Origin: Felis catus
Lineage: Eukaryota
Direction: 5' to 3'
Length of the DNA: 64,000 nucleotides
Assembly: GCF_018350175.1 (NCBI RefSeq)
Contig: NC_058368.1
Coordinates: forward strand, 168,084,001-168,148,000
The position numbers and the translations under genes are program-made. This document shows positions 38,801 through 52,024 of the stretch, piece after piece (within the stretch, counting starts at the first letter, position 1; every line of letters begins with the position of its first letter). A model generated the notes under the pieces. It ran no database searches. It saw nothing but the letters and a program-made list of their open reading frames with translations, and had not been told where the DNA came from.

Positions 38801-40649
38801 ATTTCTTTATGCCACAGTTCATAAAATATTTTAGGCTGATGCAAATCCCTTGCACTACATTAATAACTAATCACAGGAGATATTTATCATCTCAAGCCTT
38901 TTACAGGAAAATTGTCAGATTTAATCACCTTTCTCATATTTTCACTATTTACTAGGCTTCATTTATCATACATTCAAAAATTTTGACAACAGTGAGTTAT
39001 TTTAATTACCATTTCTGGTTGGGGATTAAGAAAAAGACAACTCCTGGGGGAAATGGAGAAGGGAGGGATGGTCCTAAGTTTGTCCGAGCAATCAATAAAC
39101 GATTACCATTTTGTCAATAAATGAAGATTTTCTTCACTGTTGGCAATTTTAAAGCAGGTTTGAGGTTAGGAAGCCTCTAAATCCATGAGCATATAGCGCT
39201 GCATCTATCATCGCATAAAACACATCCCATTCTTCCCATAATCTGATCATGAATTCGGATTTTATACTATGCAAGACATATGTTTTTTTTTAGTCCCCCA
39301 AACTGAATGATTAATGTATGTTTACTTACATTTATATTGCCTGAAAAACACAAAAGCAATAGCAGTGTTTAGAGTACCACATCCAGGAAAGCTAGTGATA
39401 TATATACTTGTATGGAAGCTCTGTTAATTATTATTTACAGAAATCTTTACTTATGTATTTATCACACAATAGGAACCACACACAAAGCAGAAATTTAAAG
39501 TTGCCATTACATGTCAGAACTACCATAAAAATTCACATTATTCTGTAAGACAAAATAATGTGAACATGGAGAATCAATAAGACAAACTCATCCACATCCA
39601 ATCCAGCTTCCATCCCATCTTCAGAAATGCAGTTAAAAATTAAAGCAAGCTGAGACATATACATCTCATACAGATTTTCCTTTCAAGTGATTTTGTTAGG
39701 TTAAATACTTTTGAACATATATCAATTAACATTTCCTTAAAAATGAGACTTAGTCACTAGATGTACTAAAAGAACAAATATTCAGTATCACTATGTACCA
39801 AACAATGAAAAAATTCCTTTCATTTGAATGCACTAAAAATTTCATCTGAGGATAGATGCACAAATCATTTTATCAGAGACTTTGCCTTTTGTACAAAAAT
39901 ATCATCAGTTTTGTGAAAAATCACATATACGGGGAAACCGGTACAGACTAGTTATAGCAATTATTTTTTGCCAAAGGTACTGAGACATTCAATGAACTTC
40001 CTTCTTTTTAACCCAGAGACAACTTACTCAAAATATATACCCAGTATTCTCCTTTACTCTGCAATGGTTAAGTATTTGCTACAACTGTGAGGGGAGCTTT
40101 TATAGATAATGAAATATCTGTAAAAACAAATGTGTGTCAGCACATGCTTAAATAAATCCTTATCCAAATTTCATTTGTGAAATTCCTGTTGATACCAACT
40201 ATGAACGAGGTGTGGTACAAGACACAAAAATGGGCAAGACTTTCTACTTCTCCTCAAGGAACTTAGTATGAAATGAAGAGTATTTACAAATAAAGCCGGT
40301 GGGGAAAATTTGCTCTTCATTACAAAATTAGCTGTTTTGTAAATCCACTTTACGTACACAGTAAGATATCCAAAACTTGTCACCTATCAAATATCCCGAA
40401 GGGAAAAGAGAAGGTAGCATTCTGATAATGTTTAGAGTGATCAAGCACAGCATGATGCCTGAGATAGGATGACCATATAATTTATCACACACACCAGGAC
40501 ACTTTGGACCACAGAAGGGAACAGTGAAGCACAAATGCTAAACCTGACAGAATTTCAAAATAACAAGAATGGGCTGGAAATGTTCTAGCAAATGAGAACA
40601 CTAGGTCACTCCAGGTCTGAGGCAGAACGAGGTACTGGGAGAACATGAG

Positions 40650-40910
40650 CCCCTCGTGGTTAGAGCTTAGACTTTGAAAACATATTAAAATGAATTCATT
40701 TTAATATGGATTCATTTTAGTATGTTCTACCACTTACTACTTGTGAGCTATCTAGCCTCTCTGGACCTTAATCCTTTCATTTGAAAACGGGGTTAATTTC
40801 TTCCTCAGGGCTGTTGTAAAGACAAATGAAACACTGTGTGTAAACACTTAGCACAGTGTATGGCACAAACTATAATAAATGATAGCTATTATTAGCTATC
40901 TTCATTATCC
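40650..40910 (+). mobile_element. MIR
   Basis: gtggttagagcttagactttg...cctcagggctgttgtaaaga...gtaaacacttagcacagtg. Confidence 0.8.
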
Positions 40911-42619
40911 TTGGTCCAAAAAACAAAAGGGAGAAAATATTATACCCTCTGGCCTCTCTAACATTACAAGAACCAATCACAGTTTTAAAAAGATGGTCTA
41001 ATGGATAGAAGGACACAGAAGACATATTTACAGATAGCCTGAGCATCTGAATAGTAGTTACTCTAATATCATACTATTCTTTTAGGGACGGTCTTACAAA
41101 TAATTGTGAATATAAAAGAGAGTGTCAAAAAATATGCCAAGCTTAAACAAGTGTCACTAGCTCAGAAAGACTCCGTTCTGTCCCTAGAACTCCCTCGGAA
41201 CTCAATAAAACATTTCTTATTCTTTTTGCAAAAAATATGAGTATCAGAGAAAGCATACAAGATTATTCAGATTACAAAAATATGCTAAAATTCAGTTGCA
41301 CAAAAGCTGGAGCTGACCAGCCCAGCCACAATATTAGGCACCAAAAGTATGCAGACGGAGCGCTCCACGTACTCTACACACGCAGGGCAGTGCTGCTGTA
41401 AATGCCACCACAGCGTTGCTTCAATAGTCAGTGTTATTTTTGCTGCCTCTTTATTTCCAAGTTTTCAGACTTTTATAAGAGAAAATTGTTCAAACTTCAC
41501 ACCACTCAATACTCCAAGGTGAAAAGTATTCCTCTCCTCCAGACCACTTAACTTTAATAGAAAACAAAATATTCTCAAACTCAAATTCAACTATGCCTGC
41601 TGGATTTAATGGATAGGTTTGTCCCCCCTGGGCAATCTTTAAACCTCAGTCTCTAGGAGAATTAAGTAATATTAGGGGATTGAAATGAAATAAAATTCTA
41701 AGTCCACTGTGACATGACATTCACAGGAAGATGGTAGATTATCCACCCAGTCCTCGAACACTTATAAATACAATATATAGCATATGCTCACAAAACAATT
41801 CTTAGAAATAAAACACAATGGGCACTCAGCAAATAGTTTATATCACCAACACCTGCTCAAATCCTCTCTGAACTTTATTTCTAAATGTCACCGTTTTTTA
41901 TTGAATCAACGGAAATTTGAAAGAAGAAACAGAATAAACATCCAGAGAAGATCAAGGGAGTTAGAAAAATCTTTATAGAAAGCCTCATTGAGTTTTCCAT
42001 GAGCCAGGGCGCTGTCAGTCTCCCTCAAAGGGGTGGTGGAGTAATCTGTCATTCTACAACCTCAACCTAAGTACACCTAGAAGACTAAACAGGGCTACCC
42101 ACAGAAGAAGAGGAGAAAGAATAGTATTAAGATTTTTCTCAATGCTATAAACAAAGAAATCAAGATTCAAATACTGAGCACTGAAAATAAATTCATTTCA
42201 TTTTAAAATAAGTAACTTTAAATCACAGCCTTGAAGTTGGAGGGAATTTAATAAACTAGCTCAGCTCTCTTTGTAATTCAGGAAACTTTTTTTAGAACAC
42301 TCTTGTTTGAACACTGAGTGGAAGTGTCCATTTTGGATGGCAGTGGATGAAATTAAAAGTGTTTAGCTAATTTTAAGCTGAATTCTGTCTCTTGCTGTAA
42401 CTTCTACCCTTTGGCCAAAGCTCTGATGCCTAAAATAATGAAGAACTAATTTAAGTAGACCAATTAACTCTCTATTGTCTGTTAATATAGTTTATCAGAC
42501 TGTACTTAAAAAGAACGATTTGTTTTGAAATAAGAAATACCCTTTAAAAACCTCTACATTCTTGATTTTCAGCTTGTAGACTGGGGATAGACAGATAATA
42601 CAAAAAAAAGTACAAAAGT

Positions 42620-42872
42620 ACCACGCCTGGTAGGAATGGTGGAGGACTGGAGAATCGCCAGAGAGAATACCCTATTTGTCTTCCCAGAAAGACTGAGTCC
42701 AATGTTGCTAGATCTGCAAATTTCCAACAGAGAGCCCAACTTCATAATTTTTATGTGAACTATTCCAATTTTTAAAGTGTTGGCAACTAGTTCAACTTTT
42801 TAAATATTTTATAGGCCAAACAAAGCAGCTTTATGGACTGGACTCAGCTGTAGACCACCAGTTTGCAGCTTC
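42620..42872. mobile_element. hAT-Charlie fossil (MER102-like)
   Basis: aatgttgctagatct...atttttatgtgaa...tgttggcaactagttcaa...ggccaaacaaa...ccagtttgcagc. Confidence 0.65.
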
Positions 42873-44599
42873 AACTTATTTAAAAGTGTCATTTAAAGAG
42901 AAACTATCCATAATTACTATTCTAAACACTAGGACATATAAAGTGAAATGTTAACATATTATAGATGCTATTTTATGTTTGAAAGAAATCGGTCACAATA
43001 GTCTAAGATTTAAAATTCTCCAAATTTTAGAATGTCCACTGATAGAATAGACATGAATAGAAGATTCACACAGCACAATTAACTCCTTTACATGAATAGC
43101 AGATTCACACAGCACAATTAACTCCTTAAAAAAAGTGTTCTCAGTTACTAATGTTCAACAAATTTAATACATTCAATTTTTTTAACTGCAAATTCAAAAC
43201 ATAAATCGCTAGCTAGGCAAGTTCGACTGGTTGGCAACATAACTTACTTTAACAACCAACCTGGTATTTATTATGTTTTGTGACTTTAGCTGATAGATGC
43301 TAGAGAAATTTTCATTTCTCTTATATTGTTATCCTAATTCATTAGCAAGCATGGTCAACTGTTAATGAGTGGATCATATATTTGATAATGGGTATACATA
43401 TCATGCGATTGAACTTTTTTCAAGACTAATGTTAAAAACTGAAAATGGGAGATTTATTACGTCTTTAATAACCAATTTAAAAATTTTAAATAGTTTTTGT
43501 AAAGATCTATTAAAATCAAGTAGATTTCACTTAATTCTTCTTGGCAAAAAGGAACAAAAGAGCCATTATAAGCTATCACTAAAGATGCTCAGAACCATTC
43601 AGTTTTTTACATATCAGTTTGTTATATCCAAAGCATGCTGCTTTTAGACTCTGTGCCAAACATACAAAAATGAAGAAGACCAAATTGGATGTGAAATAAC
43701 AAAAGATTTATATCAAATACAAATAAACATTTCACTAAACTTAGAGTCAGAGAGAGTAGGGTAGATATAACAACCAGACGTTTAATTTAAGTCACTGATA
43801 GAAATAGTGTCCTCTTTTCATAAACCACTTGGATTTTATTTGTGTTCAAAAGCAATGGTAAATGTCAAATGACTACTAGACCATCCTTCTGAATACAAGA
43901 AAATATCATGCTGTTTAACTCTCTAAACACAAAAAGTGCTTTTAGAAAAACAAAGATAAAGAACAGCATGTCTTAGTCACACACATCGATAGAAGAACCA
44001 AAAAATGCTAAAAGATACCAAGAGCATAACAATAAAGACCTTCAATTACTACATATTTTAAGTTTTTGAACTTCAAAAGAAAGCTTACAGATAAGAATTT
44101 TTAAGTTCAAGATAAATCTTATGTGTAAAGTTCTGAATATCAAAGTTTATCTTCATGTAAGGATTCCTTTCTTAAGGCTAGAAGCATTAAACATAGATCC
44201 TTTTCAGATGTACTACATATAAAACAACATCTAAAGTTTCTATTATACTTTTTTAAGAAAAGAAAATGATGAGAGTCCTTTTAAAAATTAAGAAATTTAC
44301 ATATTAATGTCAGTTGTGTGTGAATCCCAACTATGAAATGGAAAATTGACTCATTAGCCACCATGTGCTTTTTCTCATTTGTCCTCACCCAGTTTTTAAT
44401 GCAGCAATGATGGAAAAATACATCTGCTGGAAAAGCTAAAGAAAAATCATACAAAGGTCTAAATTTAATAGGAATAGTATGACCTTCCACTAAACAAAAG
44501 ATCTGAAAGAATTAAAAGAGAACATGTATAAAGTGCCTATCAATTACCTGGGTAGTAAAGGTTACTTTCCTCCCTTCTCTCCTTACAAGGCTCACTATT

Positions 44600-44740
44600 A
44601 TCTATCTCACTCATTAAGTCTTATGTCACCTAAAGAGAGCAACCTTTGAGAGCACGAGGGACTCAGTGCCCTACAGTCAGAGACACAGTACCAAGTATTT
44701 AGTAGGGGGTTAATAAATGCTTCCTGATTTACTAGAGGAT
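44600..44740 (+). mobile_element. L2 3' end
   Basis: acctttgagagcacgagggact...ttaataaatgcttcctga. Confidence 0.5.
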
Positions 44741-46893
44741 AATAATAATGAACAAATGTAAAACAGACGCTAATTGATAGGCTAAATGCATTAGTGCATT
44801 CCACTGCCCTCTATATGAAAGGTTACTAACCCATCTTGGCTAAGTGCTGAAATTATAATTAAGTCTGACGAGAAGTCCTAGATTTATACCAATATAATTA
44901 CGAATATTACTTAGCTTAGTGATAGAGTATGGTAAGAACAATGAGATGAGTAATTTAGATGATACTGCAAAGTGGGTTTTAATGTTTGAAACTTCTATTA
45001 CAGTACACAGGATAAGTGCAAGTAGTGTAATTAAAACCTAAAAGAGTCTGATTTTTAAAACTCTACCGCTCAGCCTCATTAAAATGCATGTTTTCTCAAT
45101 TAATCCAAACTTTTCCATTAAAAACATAAAAATACACTTTCATTCCTTGCAAATAAATCTCTACAGTACATATATTTAGGATCAAATACCAAATAACCAT
45201 TACAGTTAAGTAGGAAAAAAAATTATTGAAATAGCAAGAGCTTTGAAAAGATGGAGCCTAACAAAGGAAAGGAAAGACAAAGTGAGGGGTGCCCATGTTC
45301 TCATTTGTAAATATCCAGTTAGGACTAAATAAGCATTTGAAGAGCCAGAAGATTGGAAATCCCTAAATATCTTTATTTAAATGATATAAACCTAAGCAAA
45401 ATGTTTACTTAGAAGACAACATTATACATGGGCTGCTTCTTATTTACCTCTGTATTCTTTAATTACTGATTCTTCCACATATGTCAGCTACACAGAAAAT
45501 TGTTGTGGAATAAAAGGAAATCATTTTCATAATCATTTTGTTGAAGAAACAGTTTTTTCCTTTTAATTCTTTGTATTACTAAGTAGTTCATCTCAATATT
45601 AAACTAAGGCAAAACATCACAGGATGTTTCCTTATGCACTTTATCTTATTAGATGTTATGAGAAACACTTAAAAGATTATTTTAAGATGTCATAAAATTG
45701 ACTGTAGAAGAATGTTGATTATAAAGAAGAATTTTTTTAAAAACATTTTTATCAATTTTCTGTAGATTTCAATATACCCTATATGGAAACTATTACTCAA
45801 AAACAATAAATACCTTTTATAAATGATGACCATGTGATCTGGATTAGAAAATTTTTCAAGAAAAATTTTACTAAGAAAGAGTCAAGTCAAAGGCTATCAC
45901 ATAACTGTAAGGATAATGCGGGTTAAGTTACAAAACTGTCACTAGAACTTACCATAATGGGGGAAAATGGAGTCCATGTAACTTTAATTTTAAGTACAAA
46001 ATTAAAAGAGGAGGGGAAAAGTATTTTGATTTAAAACATTATCTGAAACAAACTTAATAAATCATTGCTCCTATTTATGCAAAAGTATTTAAATTTAAAT
46101 AGGTACTAATTTTAACTAAAATAGTACTTTCTATTCTGAAAGCAAAATATTTTTGGTGGCTTATCTTTAAAAAAAACAAAAACAAAATTTATCCCTCAAA
46201 GTTACTGGACCAACATCTTGTCTCTTGTCTGTATTTCAGAACCTACCTACATAATCATTAGCAGCGGAATAGTCCTACTCCACATTTGATTTCATTATAA
46301 AGAAGTCTACTCTCAAGGGCTCCTCCATCTAATTTTCTTTCATGCAATAGTTCAAAGAAAAATGGGTTTATCATTGCTTACAAGAAGAAAACTACCCATT
46401 TTATACATTTTGACACTATGTATTAAACTGTCCATCACGTGACTTCCATTTTTAAAACTAATTATATTGATGCAGAGAACAAAATGTCATCCTTGAGAAA
46501 GGACCTGAATGCATAATATTTGAAATCATTTCTTAGAATCATTCTCCTTGATAAGTGAACAGTAAACCAAGCACAAAAGTTGCAAAAATATTAAAGTAAC
46601 AAACAATATATCCTGGATGGGTGACAAAGAAAAATTCAATAGACTGCTGTTATAACTGTTTAGGCAAACATTTGAATCAAAACGCATAAAACCTTGTTGT
46701 AAATATAAGCAGTGGATGGATTAAAAGTATACGTCTAGATGGTTTTCAAATCTTAAACATATCTATTTCAAAAGGCATGGCTACATTAAATTTTCCTTAA
46801 AATTGTCATGCCTTGTTATACTGATAATTAGTATTTGGTCAGTAAAACACGTTTCCCTCTGGAAAACTGTTTTCAAGATGTTACAATGGTTAC

Positions 46894-47024
46894 CTGTCAT
46901 TTATGATCCAGTTCAGGCAGAGATTGAGAGAGCTAAGATTTTTGCACCTCTTGACAATTTCCATCACGGTTTCATTATCCAGTTCAGTGATATGACGTAG
47001 GTCCAAGCTGGAAAGATTTCGTAG
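46894..47024 (-). CDS. FBXL17: Internal coding exon of F-box/LRR-repeat protein 17 (probably exon 6), LRR region
   Basis: Minus strand reads (t)n-atctcattag|CTACGAAAT...ATAAATGACAG|gtaacc. The exon is 131 nt, starts in phase 0, ends in phase 2 and has no stops. It translates to LRNLSSLDLRHITELDNETVMEIVKRCKNLSSLNLCLNWIIND(R), which I recognise as FBXL17 LRR sequence. Exon number is from recall of the human gene. Confidence 0.96.
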
Positions 47025-47789
47025 CTAATGAGATAAAAAAAAAAAAAGTGAAAGATGAGAAAGATAAATGCTACATTCATTCTCAAAATTTATATAGTTT
47101 ATTACAGAGTATCACACTGTATGATACTGAAAATAGATAACAGTCTAATCAAGTTAAACTCATTCATATAATATTTTATGTACTAAATTAGAAATGAATG
47201 GAGAAGTATATATATATATATGAATGGCAATATATATATATATGAATGGCAATAAATATTAAAATCAAATAGATTTTATTGACATTTCATAAGAATCAAA
47301 AATAGCAACACAGTACGTGGGAAAGCTGTTAAACATATCACATTAAGTACCTACAGTTTAGTAAGATTATTCTAACATTGTTCAATTTCAGATATTTATC
47401 TTCAGGATTATAACACCACTTTTGTATAGGTTTTTGCACTTTTTAAAAGATGAGATATGAGTAAGTGGTTAATTCGGAGATACTCTGGTGATATTTTATC
47501 AATAAACTCCAAATAGAACTATTACGTGTAGTGTGTTTTACCAAGTGGAAAGCAATATAAAATGCTGTTTAAGTAAAGATTTTTCTCCAGGTGTCACCTT
47601 CCCCATTTCTCCCTTTTCTCTCCTCCTTTCCTGAGGTTTCTTGTCTTCCCCTGATGTTTAGTCTCCAAAGAAAATTAATAATATCATTTAAACAAAGATG
47701 GAAATCATCCTCTTCAAATAAGCTACAAATCAAATAAGGTATTTTTGCTTAATAACACGTAAAGAATTATTCTGGATGCAAGTGATAAA

Positions 47790-48371
47790 CCAAGTAGCAC
47801 CCCTTCCAAATATGTCTAAGCCCTAATATGTTACTTACCTGGCAAATGAGACTTTGCAGATGTGATTAAAGTTATGGATTCTGAGATGGAGAGATTATCC
47901 TGGATTAACAGGGTAGGCCCAATCTAATTACATGAGCCTTTATATGCAGACCACCTTTCCCAGCTAAAGTCAGAGAGATGTAATGGAAGGTGGTGTAGGA
48001 GACATTAGAATTGTGAAAGGGATTCAACATGCCTTTATTGGCTTTGAGTATGGAGAAAGAGAACTAGGAGCTAAGGATTGTGGGCATCCTCTAGAAACTG
48101 GAACAGCCCTGAGCTGAAAGCCAGTAAGAAATAGGGACTTCAGATCTACAACCTTAACTGAATTCCATCAAAAACCTGAAGGAGCAAGAAAACAGATCAT
48201 CCATCCCCTTAAGCTGCTAGAAGGGAACACAATCCAGCCAACACCTTGATTTTAGCCTGGTGAGACCCATGTTGTACTTCTGACTTATGCAGCTATGGGA
48301 TAGTACATTTGTGCTATTTTATGCTATTCAGTGTGCGGTAATTTTTATGTCAGCAGTAGAAAATGAGTATA
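47790..48371 (+). mobile_element. MaLR solo LTR (MLT1D/E-like)
   Basis: gactttgcagatgtgattaa...gagattatcctggatta...gcccaatctaattacatg...ggtaatttttatgtcagcagtagaaaa. Confidence 0.88.
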
Positions 48372-48617
48372 GGGCATTTCTAGCACTGTGAGGGAGCTTT
48401 CCCAGAACTGGCCAGTCTTCTCTTTACAAATCCTTCTGTAAAGGGATCAGGTTAGTCCTGCAGGAAGCTGACCTGCAGGTGTAACCCAACCCAAAGGCCT
48501 CAGAGGAATGAGACAGTCAAGTTCCACCCAAAGGTTCATTGAGCTTCAATCCCAAGACAACGTAAGACACTGGAATCTCCACTGTTGTCAGGCTACAGGG
48601 AAAGAAATGCTCTGAAA

Positions 48618-48828
48618 CAGCATGGTCCCAGAGAACTTTCTGATGATGGAGATATGCTATATCGTTGCTGCCCAATATGGTAACCATAGTCACATGCAGC
48701 TACTGAGCACTTAAAATTTCACCAATGTGAGGGAGGACCTGAATTTTTATCTTATTTAATTTTGTTTAATTTACATTTACTTTTTATATATGTATGTGGC
48801 TAGTGGCTACAATGCTGGGCAGAGCAGC
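48618..48828. mobile_element. MER3-like hAT MITE
   Basis: gaactttctgatgatgga...ctgcccaatatggtaaccatagtcacatg...gtggctagtggctacaatgctgggcag. Confidence 0.8.
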
Positions 48829-49209
48829 TCTACAGAACTGAGTCCACTAGGCAGCACTCAAACCCTCTTTTCCACCTCAGCTCACAAAGGAAGTAGTGAC
48901 ACAGAGAAGGTTCACACAGAGCAACTACTCACTGCTCCCTGATATATGCTGCAGAACTGAGGAAAGAAACAGAGATAGCTAAGAGAGAGGAAATATGAAA
49001 ATGTCCACAACAGTAGGTACATTCTTTCTAATTGAGACAGCAAGCTTCTGTACACTAAGGGCTGCATTCTGAAGATTCATAAAAAAGATTTAGGAAAATG
49101 TCTCTATAATCAGCCTATAGGGTCAGATAATCAAAGCCACCAATCCAAAGTGAGACTCAGGACAACACTCCAGAATGGAGGCAGAACCAGGAAAGAAGAA
49201 ATGGATTCA

Positions 49210-49396
49210 GGGGCACCTGGGCAGCTCGGCTGGTTAAGCATCTGACTCTTGATTTTGGCTCTGGTCATGATCTCACAGTTCGTGGGCTCTGAGCTGCATC
49301 GGGCTCTGAGCTGGCAGAGCGGAACCTGCTTGGAATTCTCTCTCTCCCATTCTCTCTGCCCCTCACTGCCCTTTCTCTTGAAATAAATAAACATTT

Positions 49397-49397
<1 letters not shown>
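49210..49397 (+). mobile_element. Can-SINE with tail expanded into microsatellites
   Basis: ggggcacctgggcagctcgg head. TSD gaaatggattc / ggaatgggttc. Confidence 0.92.
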
Positions 49398-49490
<93 letters not shown>

Positions 49491-49515
49491 AGGGAGGGAG
49501 GGAGGGAGGGAGGAA
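49398..49515. repeat. (GAAA)n(GA)n(GGGA)n compound polypurine microsatellite
   Basis: Direct read. Confidence 0.98.
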
Positions 49516-49949
49516 TGGGTTCTAACAAAGTTCCTACTCAAGTTACCATGGTCTCAGAGCCTTACCAACAACAGAATATGATCGGTACTTGGCAACCAAA
49601 GTACACAGGGAATGCACTCACTTTGTTAAAATAAAACAGACTGTTCTAACCACTTCAGTAGCTCCAGATAGCTCACCAGTCAGAATCAGGGCAGCCTCCC
49701 TGTTTCGCCTTCCCCAAGGTTCTCCTCATTCCTCTCTCTGATGACGAGAATCAATACCAAGCCCAGGGCCCAGAGATGAGCTGCTCAGGCTCTAACATTC
49801 TGCCTCAAACGTGACTCCTGATCCTTATCCTTTACCCCTTATATATAAGGCGGACTGGCATTAAATAAAACAACAATGATCAAAACTTTTCGAAGTATCT
49901 ACAGGAACAAAAAACAAATACAAAAAATACAAAATAAACAGCAAAGTAT

Positions 49950-50132
49950 GTTTTTTTAAGTTAAAAAAAAAGTTTATTAATTTTTAAGATGGGGGAGGAG
50001 CAGAGGAAGAAGGAGAAACAATCCCAAGTAGGCTCCATCCTGTTCGCGCAGAGCCTGATATGGTGCTTGAACCATCACCTGAGTTGAAATCAAAAGTCAG
50101 ACGCTCAAGTGACTGAGCCATGCAGGCATCCC
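49950..50132 (-). mobile_element. Diverged Can-SINE
   Basis: cctgagttgaaatcaaaagtcagacgctcaagtgactgagcca. Confidence 0.85.
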
Positions 50133-50557
50133 CAAAGTTTTTATAGTCTTTCTGATATTACTAAAATTCTAATAAGGAATCAAAGGGCTAATACACATGT
50201 TCCTTATTATGTTTTCTTTCTGACATATCTCTATGTGATGGGCACAGAAACTGAAGTCATTCAGAGTAACAGTTGGGCATGGAACAAAATGGAAGGCTGT
50301 GAGTCAAGTGCCGAAATCTTTGGCATCCAATATCTCTATGAAAGAGCAGGAGATGCCAGGAGTATAAAAGATGGCAGTAAAATGGGAGACAACAAACACC
50401 AAATGGCACAGGTTTCAAAGTCTCAGTGTTTTATTAATTATATTTATTGTTATTATTGTTCATGAGGGTAGAAGATTGATAATCTGAAAGCAGCTGAGAG
50501 CAAAGATCTTGCCCCTACCTCCTGACCCTGAGAAACACAGTGAGAAAATAAACAAGT

Positions 50558-51142
50558 ATGGTAGGCAGAATGCTAAAATAACCCAATGATCTAGGCCCTG
50601 GTATAATTCTGACCCTGTGTGTGAATAGGATCTGTGAATATAATGGGGGTATCTTCCTTATAAGGTGAAGCTGAAGGGATTTTGCATCAGTAATTAAGAT
50701 GCCTGACCAGTTGACACTGAATTAATCAAAAAAGACCATATCCTGGATGGGGCTGACCTAGTCAGGGTCTACACTAATGGTCTAGAGGTCAGAGACATTC
50801 TCCTGCTGGTCTTGAAGCATTCATTACTCAGCCATATTGTGAGAGGAACTGCAAGAAGCCTATAGGAACTGAGAGAAATACTTGCATGAAGGCCAGCAAG
50901 ATGATGGGGACCTCATTACTACAACTATAGGGAACTGAATTCTGCCAACAACTACATGAGCTTGTAAGAGGATCTAAGTTCTAGGAAGAAATGCATCCCC
51001 AGTTGAGACCTTGATTATGGCCTTGTGAACACTGTAAAAAAGGCCACATTGGAGTGTCTAGACTCCTGACCCTTGGAAATGTGCATTGTTTTAGGTTCTA
51101 AATTGGTGTTAATTTGTTATGCAGCAATAGAAAATTAATACA
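50558..51142 (+). mobile_element. MaLR solo LTR (MLT1E-like)
   Basis: tggtaggcagaatgctaaaataaccc...ggaactgaattctgccaacaac...aatttgttatgcagcaatagaaaattaataca. Confidence 0.88.
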
Positions 51143-51504
51143 GAACAGCTTCAGGGTTCTCTATCTTTGAAAAGAAGCCAAGTTTCTCTTAAGACAAGGG
51201 TAATATCTTTAACCACCTTAAACACTGAGGCCCACTTCTCTCCTTTAGATGTATATGCTCACAAAGGCATAGAAGGAGATGCGTGGTACATTCAGCCTTC
51301 TCCTCTAGGTGTATCTTCAAAGGCCAAGAAAGTACTTCCTGGGAAAATAGGCAACTCGAATTGGCCACTCCTGTTAGCTCCATACTGTAGTGAGGGGAGG
51401 TCTTGTTAAATTCTTCAAACCAATCCTCACTCACGGAAAGATGAATTTATTAGAATTGCTTCATGAAAATGTTTGCATATCCCCTGGGTTTTACTCAATT
51501 TGTA

Positions 51505-51698
51505 TTTCTTTAAATTTTTTGTTTATTTTTTTGGGAGAGAGAGTGCAAGTAAGGGAAGGAAGAAAGAGGGGAGTACAGAGGATCCGAACTGAGCTCTGGT
51601 TGAAAGACCAACAGCAGTGAGCCCCATAACTCATGAACCACGAGATCATGACCTGAGCTGGTCAGACACTCAACTGACTGAGCCACCCAGGTGCCCCC
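51505..51698 (-). mobile_element. Can-SINE
   Basis: TSD tcaatttgtattt on both sides. Confidence 0.92.
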
Positions 51699-52024
51699 TC
51701 AATTTGTATTTTGTAAACAGTCACATTTCCTATAAATATCTTAATAGTGTAAGGACCTGTCTTTTTACTTTCACAAATCTTTTATTTTTCACAAGAATTT
51801 GTACTGGGACTAAAAAAAGTAGCTAATTGTTTCTTTGGTCAAGTTCTCTTGTTCTCAGTTAAGCAAAGATGAACTTGTACATATCAAGGATTAGTCACTG
51901 TTACATTTGATACTCTTATTATTAAAGCTCCTCTTAGTAATGTATCCTATACTTGTATTTCCTATATAAAAAAGAACCATTGTCTTAAACCACATTATTT
52001 TTATAGTTAGTTTTCTTTACAGGA

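Larger units (their letters stand above)
1..46893 (-). other. FBXL17: Large FBXL17 intron downstream of the exon (continues beyond window start)
   Basis: GT donor at 46893-46892. I did not find the expected next exon (CVEVIAKEG...) in the window. FBXL17 is known for very long introns. Confidence 0.85.

Noticed and set aside
46803..47000. 65-aa + strand ORF
   Set aside because: Antisense shadow of the real FBXL17 exon.
48841..48860. CTCF-like ccactaggcagcac (also ccaccagtggggcc near 60175)
   Set aside because: Mismatches at core G positions; not supportable without a PWM scan or ChIP data.
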